Of a stretch of 64,000 nucleotides of DNA, positions 41,836-54,142 are shown piece by piece. The notes beneath the pieces were generated by a model. It was not told where the DNA came from. It did not search any database and saw only the letters and a list, made by a program, of their open reading frames with translations. Position 1 is the stretch's first letter, and the number at the start of each line of letters is the position of its first letter. The DNA lies in contig CBDDCA010000006.1 of the NCBI GenBank assembly GCA_965226055.1, positions 640,001 to 704,000 of the forward strand. The letters are read 5' to 3'. A program made the position numbers and the translations under genes. This stretch comes from Spirochaetia bacterium. GTDB lineage: Bacteria; Spirochaetota; Spirochaetia; WTKD01; G963693115.

Positions 41836-44800
41836 CTACGATGTACATGCTGAACTACCAACTTTTGGATATTGTGCTGTTTTGCCAGCCATAGCTGAGC
41901 CTTGAAAGTCATCGGGATATATTCTTTGTATGTTACACAATTTCCATGATGACAAATCTTGATCAAAATTAGAAGCATTAAAAAATACAAAAAGTTCATT
42001 AATATTTTTATCAGCTATAACCTTCCGTACATCCCAATCTCCTATGTCTTGATTAAAAACACTTGCTCCCTTAAACATAAGCAATATACTGGTAACATTA
42101 CTCATATTCCAGTTTCCTATGTCTTGATTAAATTTAGTAGCCTCACTAAACATAGCATTCATATGGGTTACTTTCCCTACATCCCAATCTCCTATGTCTT
42201 GATTAAAAACACTTGCTTTACTAAACATCCCTCTCATATCCGTTACATTACTGGTATTCCACTGTGTTATGTCTCCATTAAAAGTACTATCATCCTTGAA
42301 TAATTCACTCATATCATCAATAGCACTCGTGTCTATCATGTTGAGATTGGGGCTATTGGTGTTTTGTCTGCCTGCTCCTCTTTCTGCAGTAATAATATCT
42401 TGTAGTGCTTTCTTTGTTGTTGGTCTGTAATAGCTAGCTACTTGTCCTGCTAGTTTCACCAGTCCTGTCTCTACATTGATAGTCGCAAGTGCCTTTTGTC
42501 CCGAGTATGCTCCCGCAGAAGTAATGGTACATTCCACTACCTCGTAGTTATACTCAGTTATAGCAGTATCATGTATGTTTGATTTATTTGCTGTGCCTGT
42601 TATTGTTACTGTATTGGTATTTTTTGCAAATGTTACTGTTAAGCCTGTTTCTTCTTTGAGTGTGCTGTCATCTAAGGTGCTTTCATTACAGGTAAAGGTA
42701 AGTCCACTAGGACTAATACTAGTAAGTACTCTTGTTGTATTTTGTGCGAGTGCTGTGCCTACTGTTGCTGATATCTTTGTGGCGTTTCCTATCACTATTG
42801 TTATGCTGGCAGATACTGCTGTTGCTTCTGCTGATACCTTTGTCTTTTTGAGGCTGTTTACTGCTACTGCGGTGATATAGTATTTTGTATTCAATCGTAG
42901 ATTGCGTATTGTATAGCTTGTTGCTCCTGTTGGCACATCGTCTTTTTCTGCTCCTTCTTGTGCATCGCTTGCTCCTTGTGCTTGTGTCTTTACTGTTGCT
43001 CCATCTATGTTTGTTTTTGAGGCTGCATAGTATACTATGTAATCTATTTGATTATCTCTTAAATCAGTTCCGTCTTCTGTCGTTCCTTTTACGGTTGGGG
43101 CTGTTATGGTAAGTACTATAGTAGCTCCTTGTGCATTTGCTTGTATGGTGGGCTTTCCTGGTGCGGCATAGGCTTCTTTTGCGATAAACTCCTTGCGTAG
43201 TCCTGTTGCTTCTTTGTTGGTATCGGTGCTGTTTACTGCTTGTACTACTATTTCGTAGCTTGTGCCTACTGTCAATCCTGTCAGAGTGCTGTTGGTTGTT
43301 CCTGCTGCTACTGTTGTGGAGCTTCCTGCTGTTTTTATTTGTGCTACTGTCCTTGTTGTACTGCCACTTTTGGCTACTTTGTATACTTTGTACGATACTT
43401 GTGCTACTGTTAGGGTGTCTCCTTTGTTTGTTTTGTGGCTTGCATTGAGGCTGGGGGCTGTCCACGATATTGTTGCACTCCCTCCTGTTACTCCCCCTAC
43501 TTGTATGTTGCTTACTTCTGCGGGGGCAGTCGCTTGTGATGCGGTTGTTACACTTGCCACTGTCGATACTGCTTTTTTGCTTGTGTCTGTTTTTACTGCT
43601 ACTTCTACCACAAAGTGATACTTTGTTGCTCCTTTTATTGCTACTACTGGTGCTGTTTCGCTAGACAAACCTAAACTGCTAAGGGCTGATACTGTGTACA
43701 CTCCACTACTTGCTGTGCCTATACTTACTCTTCTGCCTCTTTGTACTTCTGCTACTGTTGGTGTTGTGTCTTTCTGTAAGCCGTATACTGTGTATACTAG
43801 CTCATCATTGCTTGTTACTGTTGTGCCATCTTTGTTTTTTGCTCCTGTTATTGTGCTTAACTGTGTGAGTACGAGCTTTATTGTTCCTACTGTGTTTGTT
43901 GAGGGTGATACTACCAGCTTGCCTGTTAAGGACGATGTAGGGGCTGTTGCTTTTGAGGTGGGGATAGTGCTTAATTCTAGTTTTTGTATCAGTGCGGGGT
44001 CTTTACTTTGTGCTTTCTTTGTTGCATAGGGATTGAGGCTGTTTATTGCTTCTATGCCTATGGTATATACTGCTCCCTTTGTTCCTATAAATGTTCCTCG
44101 TAAGCTGCTGTTTCCTGCTATCTCTTGTGTTTGTACTCCTCCCATTGCTTTTATTTCACCTATAGTTTTAGTACTCTGGTCTCCTGCTACTATGTATACT
44201 TTGTATTGTATTTGTGCTTGTGTGAGTTGTCTATCGTTGGGTGCTTTGTGATTGCTGGTAATTGTTCCTTTTTGAAACTCATACTGCACGGTATCGCTTG
44301 TTTGTGTTGATGTTTCGATAAACAGAGTGAGATTCTCTGGTGCTGGGGGGACAGTGGATACTGCATCATATACTGCTACTTTATCAGTGAGCGTTGTTGG
44401 GGGACTTACTCTGTTATTTTCTACTGTGAGAAAGGTAAAGCTATAGCTTTTTGCATTTGCTTGTGTTGAGGATACTTCTATGCCATCTGCTATGCCAAAG
44501 CTAATGGTGGTAGCTGTACTTGTTATGCTTTTTTCTGCTACCAAGTTTGTGCCATCTAACATACGCAGGGTGTAGTATCGTCCTATGCCTGGAGCTTGCT
44601 TAAAGGTTGCTTTTATTTGTATTGCTCCTGTACTTGTATCAAGTGTAGGCTTGCTTTGAAAGAGATCTTCTGAGGGGGCTGTGAGTGAGTTGGGGGTGCT
44701 TATGTCTTTTATGGCTTGGGTGCTTTTATTTTCTGAGTAATCATAGGTGAGTATTGTTACGGTATATGTTTTTCCTTGCGTGAGTTCTTCGACAGAGAGT

Positions 44801-46501
44801 GCTGTCGTGGGATAGGGTATTTTCTTCTCGCTCAGTACTGTGGCGCTTGTGCCTTTCTCTTGTATGCTTATGCTGTATTCTTTTATGTCTTTGTTATTGG
44901 CTTTTATTGTATCGGGGGCTGTCCATGTTATCTGTGTGCCTATCTTCGCTGCTGATACAAAAGGATAGCTTGCTTGTATGTTTGTCACTGCATCGGGGGC
45001 GGTGCTATCTGCTGCGGTAGTGACTGTAGCATTTTCTGCTGTTCCTTTGTTGCCTGCACTGTCCATTGATACGACTGCCACTGTATACTCGGTGGTAGCT
45101 TTGAGGCCTGGTATCTGTGTGTTGCGTACTGCTCTCTCTGTTATTGTCACTGTCTTTGCTGCGGTACTGCTGTCCTTTTCTGTTGCTGTTATAGTCACTC
45201 CTGCGTAATCTCGTACATCGGGGGCTTGCCAGCCTACTACTATGCTATCTGCTCCTCCTACTGCACTTACATTGCTTACAGGCTCTGTACTTTTGTCTGT
45301 TGTTGCTTGCTCTTTTGACACTGCAGTGGAGTACTTTCCGTTTTGAGAAACATACACCTCTACTTTGTATGTAAGCGTGCCGTAGAGTTTTGTGAGTGCT
45401 ATGCCATCTTTTGCTACATACACAGTTGCATATTCTTTGTTTTGTGCGGTTGCTCCGCTGAGTGTTGCAGTACTGCTATTGTTCACAGTTTCCTCTGCTA
45501 CTACTGTATTTGTTGCTGTTGCTATCACTCGTACTAAGAGGCTTTTGTCCGTAAAGGCAAAGCTCCCCCACTTGATAAGCAGGCTTTCATCGGCTGGGCT
45601 ATTGCTTTTATCGTTTGCTGTTACTGTAAAGTCTGCCTCTGGCAGTGGCGTTACTGTTTGTGAAAGCTGTGATGCTTGCACGCCTGTCAATACTGTTGTA
45701 GGACTGCTTGTGTTATCATTTCTGTCTTTGTAGCGTATTTCTACATCATAGGATATGCCTGCAAGCGTGGAGACATTTGAAAGTATAACTTCTCCTTGCT
45801 GTAGGTTCTGCACGGTAGCTTGTGCAAGCACTATGCCACCAGTCGTGCTTTTTACCACTATTTTGGCTTCTGCTATGTCTGTTTTGCCTGATGCAAGTCG
45901 CTCTTTGTCCCATGTTATCTTTATGCCATCCCCCGACTTCTCTACTCCTACCTGTGTCAATGTGTCCTGTGGTGCAGTAGTATCTATCAGTGTTGTCACA
46001 GAGCGTGTTGTTTTTGGTGATACTTCTGTGTCTTTTTGTGCTTCTATCTCTACGGTGTAGTCGGTGAGTGCTTGTAAGCCTTTGAGTTGGTACGATTGTC
46101 CTTGTTGAAAGAGTGTTTGATATTCTATTGCAGGAACACGCACTTGTATTGATTGTGCTGGTGTCGATGATGTAGCTTTTACGACTACATGCGTGGCTTC
46201 GCTTGGGGCTTCCCAGCGTAATGCAAGTGTCCCATCGTTGCTTGCTACTTGTATCTGCACATTGGACACTGATGCGAGTGTCGGGGTTACCTGTTTTCCC
46301 CCTCCGCCTGATGAGGAACTGCTACTGCCCTCCGAACATCCTACGAGTACGAGGGTAGTCATTGCTAGCACTAAAAATAATGCTACTAGAGTTAGGTTTT
46401 GCTTATATCGAGAGTGTACCCCCCCCCCCCCCAATTTTCACGCTGTATAGCTCATCGTTTTGATAGCTATTATTCATCCATACTTTCAAGTGTTTTTTCA
46501 T
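41836..46501 (-). CDS. Large FN3/DUF285 surface lipoprotein, frameshifted at G14 (candidate phase-variable, OFF as assembled)
   Basis: SD AAGGAGG + ATG at 46501; the 1532-aa body (41836..46434) is in another frame, joined through the G14 tract; lipobox LVGC. Confidence 0.85.
46419..46432 (-). repeat. G14 homopolymer in lipoprotein leader
   Basis: C14 on the plus strand. Confidence 0.95.
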
Positions 46502-46614
46502 AAGGCCTCCTTACGGTTGTTTTATTATCGTATATATTTTCAATACCACAATAGTTATTATAGTAAAAATACTATTTTTTTTGGGTAAAAGCACAAAAAA
46601 ATAAAGCAATTTAC

Positions 46615-46643
46615 TTGATTTTTTGTAAAATATACTGTACTAT
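46615..46643 (+). promoter_or_regulatory. Putative sigma70 promoter of gabD (leaderless)
   Basis: TTGATT-17 nt-TACTAT, ATG 6 nt downstream. Confidence 0.5.
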
Positions 46644-46649
46644 ATACAT

Positions 46650-48113
46650 ATGAAAAAATATGATCCAAAAACAATTATTTCTGAGCTTCCAAAAAATTTA
46701 TATATTAATGGAAAATGGACTTCAGCAAGTGGAGAGACTATAGAAGTTGATAATCCAGCTACTGAAGAAATTATAGCTACTGTTGAAGTAGGTAATGATA
46801 TACATGCAAAGCAAGCAGTGGATGCTGCAGAGCAAGGTGCTAAAATATGGCAAAATGATTTTACTGCACGTGATAGGGCAGAGGTGCTAAGAAAAGCGTT
46901 TGATATTCTTATAGAAAGAGCAGAGTATTATGCTCATGTTATCACCATAGAACACGGAAAACCGCTTGCTCAATCAGTAGCAGAAATAAAATATTCTGCT
47001 GAATTTTTTCGTTGGTTTGCAGAAGAAGGTGTTCGTAATATAGGCGAGTACTATGAGTCGCCAACAACGGGTGCAAATATTATGGTGCATCATAAACCAG
47101 CAGGAATAGCATTGCTTATTACTCCGTGGAATTTTCCTCTTTCTATGGGAACTCGTAAAATTGGTCCTGCTCTTGCTGCAGGGTGTTCTGTAATAGTAAA
47201 ACCTGCATCAGCTACCCCATTTACAATTATTGCACTTGCTCAGGTGCTAGAGGAAGCAGGAGTACCTCCGGGAGTAGTAAATATTCTTCCTTGCAAAGGA
47301 TCGTCTAATGCAATCAATGTAATACTAGAAGATCCTCGTGTACGAGTAGTATCATTTACAGGTTCTACCTATGTTGGAAAAACACTCTTGGTAAATTCTG
47401 CAAAAAATGTGCTTAATTGTTCAATGGAACTAGGAGGAAACGCTCCTTTTATTGTCACTGAAAACGCAGATTTACAAAAAGCCTTAGATGGTGCTGCAGT
47501 AGCGAAGATGAGAAACATGGGAGAATCTTGTGTTGCAGCAAATAGATTTTATGTTCATGAGTCCCAGTACGAAACATTTATTGAATTATTTGCAGAGAGA
47601 ATGGCAAAGTTAAAAGTGGGAAATGGGTTAGAAGATGGCATAGATGTTGGTCCTGTTATCAATAGAAAAGCTCAAAAGGATGTGCATGCATTTGTAGAAG
47701 ATGCTATAAGTAAAGGAGCAAAAATTGTGACAGGAGGAAGTATTCCTGAGGGGATAGGCTGTTTTTATCCTCCAACAGTACTTCGTGATGTATCAGCGGA
47801 TAGTAAAACAATATGTGAAGAGATTTTTGGTCCTGTAGCTCCTATTAGAAAATATACATCAGAAGAAGATATGATAAAAGAAGCAAACGATAGCCCAGAT
47901 GGGCTTGCAGGATATGTGTTTAGTGAAAACATAACGCAAGCAGTACGTATATCAAAAAAATTAGAAGTTGGTATGGTAGGAGTAAACAGAGGAATGCTCT
48001 CTGATCCTGCTGCTCCTTTTGGTGGAGTAAAACAAAGCGGGCTTGGACGTGAGGGGGCTCATGAAGGACTTATGGAGTTTTTAGAAACACAGTATCTTTC
48101 AATAGATTTATAG
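46650..48113 (+). CDS. gabD: NAD(P)-dependent succinate-semialdehyde dehydrogenase
   Basis: ITPWNFP, FTGST, MELGGNAP, ESCVAANR, EIFGP, PFGGVKQSG.GREG. Confidence 0.88.
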   Translation: MKKYDPKTIISELPKNLYINGKWTSASGETIEVDNPATEEIIATVEVGNDIHAKQAVDAAEQGAKIWQNDFTARDRAEVLRKAFDILIERAEYYAHVITIEHGKPLAQSVAEIKYSAEFFRWFAEEGVRNIGEYYESPTTGANIMVHHKPAGIALLITPWNFPLSMGTRKIGPALAAGCSVIVKPASATPFTIIALAQVLEEAGVPPGVVNILPCKGSSNAINVILEDPRVRVVSFTGSTYVGKTLLVNSAKNVLNCSMELGGNAPFIVTENADLQKALDGAAVAKMRNMGESCVAANRFYVHESQYETFIELFAERMAKLKVGNGLEDGIDVGPVINRKAQKDVHAFVEDAISKGAKIVTGGSIPEGIGCFYPPTVLRDVSADSKTICEEIFGPVAPIRKYTSEEDMIKEANDSPDGLAGYVFSENITQAVRISKKLEVGMVGVNRGMLSDPAAPFGGVKQSGLGREGAHEGLMEFLETQYLSIDL

Positions 48114-48155
48114 AAGTATCATTACAGCGTATACTACTACAATACAATAAGAGAA

Positions 48156-48197
48156 GCGTACATCAAAGGGAGAACTTTGCTATACTTTGATGTATGC
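48156..48197. terminator. Inverted repeat after gabD
   Basis: gcgtacatcaaag...ctttgatgtatgc. Confidence 0.5.
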
Positions 48198-48257
48198 ACA
48201 GTAATATTCCTTTCTATGCTATTCTATACTATATACTGAGGCATTAGTTATTATATC

Positions 48258-49613
48258 ATGAATAAGCATAATTATATATCTCCAAAAATCTTGAAAGGAT
48301 TTCGGGATTTTCTTCCTGCACAACAATCTACTCGTAATTACTGTATTGCTCAAATACAAGAAGTGTTTTCGCGTTTTTGTTATGCTCCTATTGACACCCC
48401 TATCTTAGAGTATGAAGAAGTATTACTAGGAAAGGGCGGAGGGGAAACAGATAAGCAAGTGTACTGTTTTACTGATCAAGGGAAGCGTAATGTTGCTATG
48501 CGCTTTGATCTTACTGTTCCCTTTGCTCGTTTTGTAGCAATGCATCATCATGAACTTGCATTTCCTTTTGCACGATACCATATTGGAAAAGTGTTTCGGG
48601 GAGAGAATACGCAAAAAGGTCGGTATAGGGAATTTACGCAATGTGATTTTGATATCATAGGGACAGACACTGTTTCTGCAGATATTACTATTATTGAAAC
48701 GATAGTGAGTGCTTTACAAGCACTGGGAATACACAATGTAAAAATACATATCTCACACAGAGAGCTCATAACATCGCTATTGTCTGAACACGATGAAGTA
48801 ACACAAATAGAAGTTATGAGAATTATAGATAAAATAAAAAAGATAGGAAGCACTGCGGTACAAAATCAATTAGCTTCTGTTCTTCCCGAAAGTACACTTA
48901 GTCCTTTGTTAGAATGTATTACAAGTACTGTTTCCTGTGATAAGCAAATATCACAGGAAGAATATAATCATACTGTGCTTGCCACTATACAGAAATATGT
49001 AGGCGAAAAGAACCCTGCCTATGTACGTCTTAGTGAGATACTTACAGCAGTAGGAGAAATAGGATTAGGACAGGTAATAGTGCTTGATACAAGTATAACA
49101 CGAGGGCTGGATTATTATACTGGTTTTGTATGTGAAACATTTATTTCTTCATTTGAAGATGTTGGATCTATTTGTTCAGGAGGGCGATACAATAACCTTA
49201 CAGGAATATATACAAAACATAGTATGCCTGGAGTTGGGGCATCTATTGGATTGGATAGATTACTTTCCATTTTTGAAAGCAGTATTTCTGTGCCAAAGGT
49301 GGTTTCTATAGCCATCTATGCAATGGAACAAGAAAGTGTTGCGTACTGCCATACTATTATGAAAGTGCTTCATGATCATAAGTATTGTGCTCTTGTATAT
49401 TCTCCACGTAAAGGGTATGATAACAGTAACTTAAAAGATTTTTTTAAGTTCACTGATACTACAGATCCTGATTTTAGTATCGTTATTGGGAATGAAGAGC
49501 GTACACATAGTACTATCACTATTACTCATATTAAGACAAAAAGACAATTACGCAATGTTGCTATAAACACTGGACTTACTTTTATACATGAACAATCAAG
49601 CACTGCAGAATAA
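48258..49613 (+). CDS. hisS: Histidine--tRNA ligase
   Basis: KGFRDFLP, RFDLTVP, GRYREFTQCD, RGLDYYTG, GGRY. Confidence 0.96.
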   Translation: MNKHNYISPKILKGFRDFLPAQQSTRNYCIAQIQEVFSRFCYAPIDTPILEYEEVLLGKGGGETDKQVYCFTDQGKRNVAMRFDLTVPFARFVAMHHHELAFPFARYHIGKVFRGENTQKGRYREFTQCDFDIIGTDTVSADITIIETIVSALQALGIHNVKIHISHRELITSLLSEHDEVTQIEVMRIIDKIKKIGSTAVQNQLASVLPESTLSPLLECITSTVSCDKQISQEEYNHTVLATIQKYVGEKNPAYVRLSEILTAVGEIGLGQVIVLDTSITRGLDYYTGFVCETFISSFEDVGSICSGGRYNNLTGIYTKHSMPGVGASIGLDRLLSIFESSISVPKVVSIAIYAMEQESVAYCHTIMKVLHDHKYCALVYSPRKGYDNSNLKDFFKFTDTTDPDFSIVIGNEERTHSTITITHIKTKRQLRNVAINTGLTFIHEQSSTAE

Positions 49614-52329
49614 ATTTCTTTCTTTACCTATTTATCAGCAAAAACACAGAATAATAGAAGCCCTAGAGCATCATCAAATTATAGTAGTAGAAAGTAATAC
49701 GGGATCAGGAAAGACAACTCAATTACCACTTATTCTGTTAGAGCATGGGTACAGCAGAGATGGGCTTATCATTGGTATGACAGAACCTAGGAGAATAGCA
49801 GCTGTGTCAGTGGCTCAGTATGTGCAAACGCAGCTTGTAAATACTCCTTCTTTTTTACACTCTCTTGGTGATGCACATCAACAGACAGATCCTTTATTTG
49901 TGGGATATAAAATTCGCTTTGAGGACAAAACAACTGAACATACAAAGATAAAAATTATGACGGATGGCATCTTATTACAAGAGTTCAAAAAAGATCCATA
50001 CCTCTCGCATTACTCAACAATTATCATAGATGAAGCACATGAACGTAGCCTTAATATAGACTTTATTCTTGGTCTCATAAAAGAATTATGTAGTGTACGT
50101 AGTTCCTTAAAAGTTATTATTTCATCAGCAACGATAAATACTGCTTTATTTTCAACATTTTTCTTTCATTGTCCTATTATTAAAGTGGAAGCTCCCTCTT
50201 ACCCTATACAGACATTCTTTTCTCCTTCTCCTCAAAAGAGTAATAGGAGAGAAAAGTTGAAAAAGAAAAAGAATAATAGATTTTTCCCCCGAGAACGAAT
50301 GAGTTTTTTTGAAATAGATTCTGATGTTCTTATTGCCCATATTGTCACAATAGTACAACAATCACTACAAAAAAAAGAAGGGGATATTCTTATTTTTCTT
50401 GCAGGTGAAAAACAAATAAAAGATTGTGTGGATGCATTGTATACCATTTCACAGACACATGCTCTGCACATACTTCCTTTATATGGGAGGCTTGACAATC
50501 GTTCTCAGGAGTTAGTGTTTGATCCTGCTCCTGCAAATACTACAAAGATTGTTATTGCTACAAATATAGCTGAAACAAGTATTACTATTGATACTATTAA
50601 GGTGGTGATTGATTCTGGTCGTGTAAAGCGTAATACCTATCATCACGATACATACATTACAACATTGGATGAAATAGCCATATCTCGTGCTTCGGCATTG
50701 CAAAGAAAAGGAAGGGCAGGCAGAACAAGTCCTGGTGTATGTTATCATCTGTATCGAAAACAAGAGTTTGAAGCGTTAGAGCCATTTTCAAAGGAAGAAA
50801 TACATAGAACTGATTTATCCGAAGTGATACTTCGTATGGCGTATCAAGGAATAAAAAACTTCGAAAAATTCCCTTTTATTTCTCCTCCAAAAAAACAGTC
50901 TGTACATGCCAGTATAGCTATGCTTCAAGAACTTGATGCATTGGATAAAAAACAGCTTATTACTGATATAGGGTCTCTTATGTCAGAATTTCCTCTGCTT
51001 CCTATACATGCAAGAATGTTAGTAGAAGGAATACAGCAGTATCCTGATGTTCTTGATGCTATTATTACTGTTGTTTCTTTTCTTTCTACTCCTAATCCTT
51101 TTTTGTTGCCTATAGGAGAAGAAGTGCAAGCTCGCAAGGCACATCGTGCATTATCTGTACAGGACAATGATTTTCTTAGCTATATCAATATTTTCACATT
51201 GTTTACAGAAACACATAGTACCGAGAGAGCAGCATTTTGTGAGCAGTATTACTTAGATGAACAAACAATGTATGAAATTTATAATGTCTACACACAGTTA
51301 CGTAATCAGGTTTCGGAAAAGGGAGTTCCTATAGGGACACAGCATCACAAAGAAAAGATTATTTGTGCCATTATGAAAGGGCTTGTATTTAATATTTGTA
51401 TACTAGAAAAAGCACATCATTATTGTAATAGAAGAGGTGAGAAAATATATATTCATCCTGGTTCTATGTTATTTGATCAAAAGCAATTACCAGCAATACT
51501 GATAGCAGGAGAGATTGTGCAAACAAGCAAAAAATTTGCCCGTTCTGCTTCAGGATGTAGGATTAACTGGATTCAGAATGTAGCCCCCCATATTTATCAA
51601 GAATTACAGGGTGTTCTAAAAGAAAAAAAAGATACGCACACTTCAAAACAAAGGCAATCCTCACAAGGTATTGATTCTTCTAAAAAACAGTCATCTGCAT
51701 ATAAAAAAGAACAGCACATGCTTTCTATTGCAAACACAACATATACATTACAGTACATACATGAAAAAAAGGTACTATTGCTTACATGGAAGGAAATGAA
51801 GCAGATAGCGAAATATATATCATCAGATGAACTATATCGTTTTGGGAGAGTACGCTGTCTTGTATCAATAAAACAGCGTAGCTATTTACCTATCATTAAG
51901 CTATCAAGTATTCCTGTACTGAACGCACTTGAAAAGATACTGCTTCCTCCTCTTACTGCACTTCCATTACCCTATGCTCCCTCTAAAGAGAATGAGGACT
52001 CAGATAGCACTGCTGACAATAAAATACAACATGCTCTTATTGAAGGCTGTATGTCTCTCTATGTTAAGCATGATGGTAAAAAAGCCTCTGCATCTTCTAC
52101 AGCAACGCAGTATCCAATGAATGTTTTGTTTTGTTCTCTTGAAACAGGAAAACATGGCTCACGCTATATAGATCTAAGCACACATTTTTTGACATCACTG
52201 TACAACAGTATGCGTTCAATAGAATTACTTATAGAAGAACAGAGTGACAAAAAACATATTGCAAAAGCACAAAAGGTATATGCACAGCTCCATGCTGCAT
52301 ACCAGCTATTAGAGGAGCATGAAGGGTAA
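49588..52329 (+). CDS. hrpA: DEAH-box RNA helicase HrpA-like
   Basis: GSGKTTQ, DEAHERS, SAT, ATNIAETSIT, QRKGRAGR. Confidence 0.9.
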   Translation: MNNQALQNKFLSLPIYQQKHRIIEALEHHQIIVVESNTGSGKTTQLPLILLEHGYSRDGLIIGMTEPRRIAAVSVAQYVQTQLVNTPSFLHSLGDAHQQTDPLFVGYKIRFEDKTTEHTKIKIMTDGILLQEFKKDPYLSHYSTIIIDEAHERSLNIDFILGLIKELCSVRSSLKVIISSATINTALFSTFFFHCPIIKVEAPSYPIQTFFSPSPQKSNRREKLKKKKNNRFFPRERMSFFEIDSDVLIAHIVTIVQQSLQKKEGDILIFLAGEKQIKDCVDALYTISQTHALHILPLYGRLDNRSQELVFDPAPANTTKIVIATNIAETSITIDTIKVVIDSGRVKRNTYHHDTYITTLDEIAISRASALQRKGRAGRTSPGVCYHLYRKQEFEALEPFSKEEIHRTDLSEVILRMAYQGIKNFEKFPFISPPKKQSVHASIAMLQELDALDKKQLITDIGSLMSEFPLLPIHARMLVEGIQQYPDVLDAIITVVSFLSTPNPFLLPIGEEVQARKAHRALSVQDNDFLSYINIFTLFTETHSTERAAFCEQYYLDEQTMYEIYNVYTQLRNQVSEKGVPIGTQHHKEKIICAIMKGLVFNICILEKAHHYCNRRGEKIYIHPGSMLFDQKQLPAILIAGEIVQTSKKFARSASGCRINWIQNVAPHIYQELQGVLKEKKDTHTSKQRQSSQGIDSSKKQSSAYKKEQHMLSIANTTYTLQYIHEKKVLLLTWKEMKQIAKYISSDELYRFGRVRCLVSIKQRSYLPIIKLSSIPVLNALEKILLPPLTALPLPYAPSKENEDSDSTADNKIQHALIEGCMSLYVKHDGKKASASSTATQYPMNVLFCSLETGKHGSRYIDLSTHFLTSLYNSMRSIELLIEEQSDKKHIAKAQKVYAQLHAAYQLLEEHEG

Positions 52330-52384
52330 ATATATAGAAGTAATTTAGTGTATAATATAACTATATTAGTTAAGAGGAGAGGTT

Positions 52385-54119
52385 ATGGCGGAATTACAAG
52401 CATCACAAATATCCCTTATGAAATTCTTACGAGAAAATCATTTTATTATCCCTGAATATCAGAGAGAATATGCATGGAATAAAGAAAAATGTGAAATATT
52501 ATGGGAAGATGTAAAAAATTTTTGTATAGGTAATTATACTGGAAACAGCTATTTTTTAGGATCATTGATCTTTTTTAAAGATAAAGAAAGTGATTCCTTA
52601 GATATTATTGATGGACAACAGAGAATTACATCCTTTCTTTTGTTATTAAGGGCTTTTTATGCTGTTCTAATAAAAATGTACGAACAAAATCCAAGTGATA
52701 AAGATATTGAAGGGATGAAAATGCAAATAGCCCCTTGTATCTGGCATGGAGTGAGTGCTGTCCAATATAATACCCCTGATTTTGAACGTCCTAGATTAGA
52801 AACGAAAAGAATATATGAAAAAGATAAAGAGGTATTTCGATCAATGTTCTCAGAATCTTCTCCAGAGTTGTTAAAACAAAGAAGCAAGAAAAAGAATAAA
52901 TATCTCATAAATTATAGCCTTTTCTATGAGAAGTTATCACATTTACAGGAAGAAGGAATTCTAAATATAGTTACATTTTTTGAAAAAATAGTAGAAGGTC
53001 TTATCATACTTCCTATAGAGTGCAATAGTTTTGAAATGTCTTTGACTATTTTTTCTACACTCAATGATAGAGGAATGCCTTTGGCAGATCATGATATATT
53101 TAGATCTTACTTGTATCAAAAAGCTCATAAAAAAGGAGAACAAGAGGTACAAAATTTTAAAAATAAATGGAATAAACTGGAGAAATTATGCAAAGAAACA
53201 GAAGGAAAAACAAATATAGATGATATTTTTCAATATAATATGCGTGTTATGAGAGCAGAGAAGGGAGATACAGATACTACTACTATTGGTATCAGGGCAT
53301 TTTACAAGAATGGAAAGTATCTAGATGATACAAATTTATTGTCAACATTAACGAATATTGCTTATTTTTGGAACTATATAGGTACTAATTTTACAGAAAG
53401 GCAAGGTGATGAGGATGCTCCTACCTTTTCTTTTTCTGAAAAAACAAAAAAATACATACAAGCTCTAATGTCGTATCCCAATGATCAGTGGAGGCATGTT
53501 CTCACTATTGCGTGTCATAAATATTTAAAAAAATTAGAAAAAATAGACGAGATAATAATGCCAATAGTGGCAGCACTGTATTATCGCTTTTTAGAAACAA
53601 ATAGCGTAACCTACATAAGACCACTTTGCCTAAGAATAGGTGTAAATATAAAAAAAGAAAAATATATCTTTGAGGATATTTCATTTGATATTAAGGAAGC
53701 AACAATACAAAATGGTATTTCTAGTAGGGTAAGAAGAGGACTTCTCTATCTTGCTACCTATAGCAATAATGAAGAACAAGAGTATATTGATTCTATAGAA
53801 ACATTGAATATTGAACATATTTTTCCACGAAAATGGCAAAATACTAATTATCAAGCTCTAGAGAGAAATTCAGAACAAGCAAAAACATTACTTGAGAATA
53901 TAGGTAACTTAAGTTTGATGGAAAAAAAATTAAATATACAAGCAGGAAATGGGTATTTTGAAAAAAAAGCAAGCTAAATACAAGGATTCAGCGATTAAAG
54001 AACTACGATCAATAGCGGAAAATAATATAAAGTGGGGAAAAGAAGAAATAGAACGAAGAGAGGACAAAATTATCAATTCTCTCCATGATTTTTTTACACG
54101 ACACTTACCTCAAAAATAA
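52385..54119 (+). pseudogene. GmrSD-like DUF262/DUF1524 nuclease, frameshifted at A8 (53961-53968)
   Basis: IPEYQREYAW, IIDGQQR, F.TLNDRG, EHIFP, IGNL...LN; the C-terminal ~50 aa continue in the +1 frame to TAA 54117-54119. Confidence 0.8.
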
Positions 54120-54142
54120 TATCATACCAGCAATATGTTTTC

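Noticed and set aside
41959-46450. Many short plus-strand hydrophobic ORFs
   Set aside because: Antisense to the Thr/Ala-rich lipoprotein; codon-bias artefacts
53960-53970. A_AAA_AAG as a programmed -1 ribosomal frameshift
   Set aside because: Restoring the C-terminus needs +1 (loss of one A), not -1
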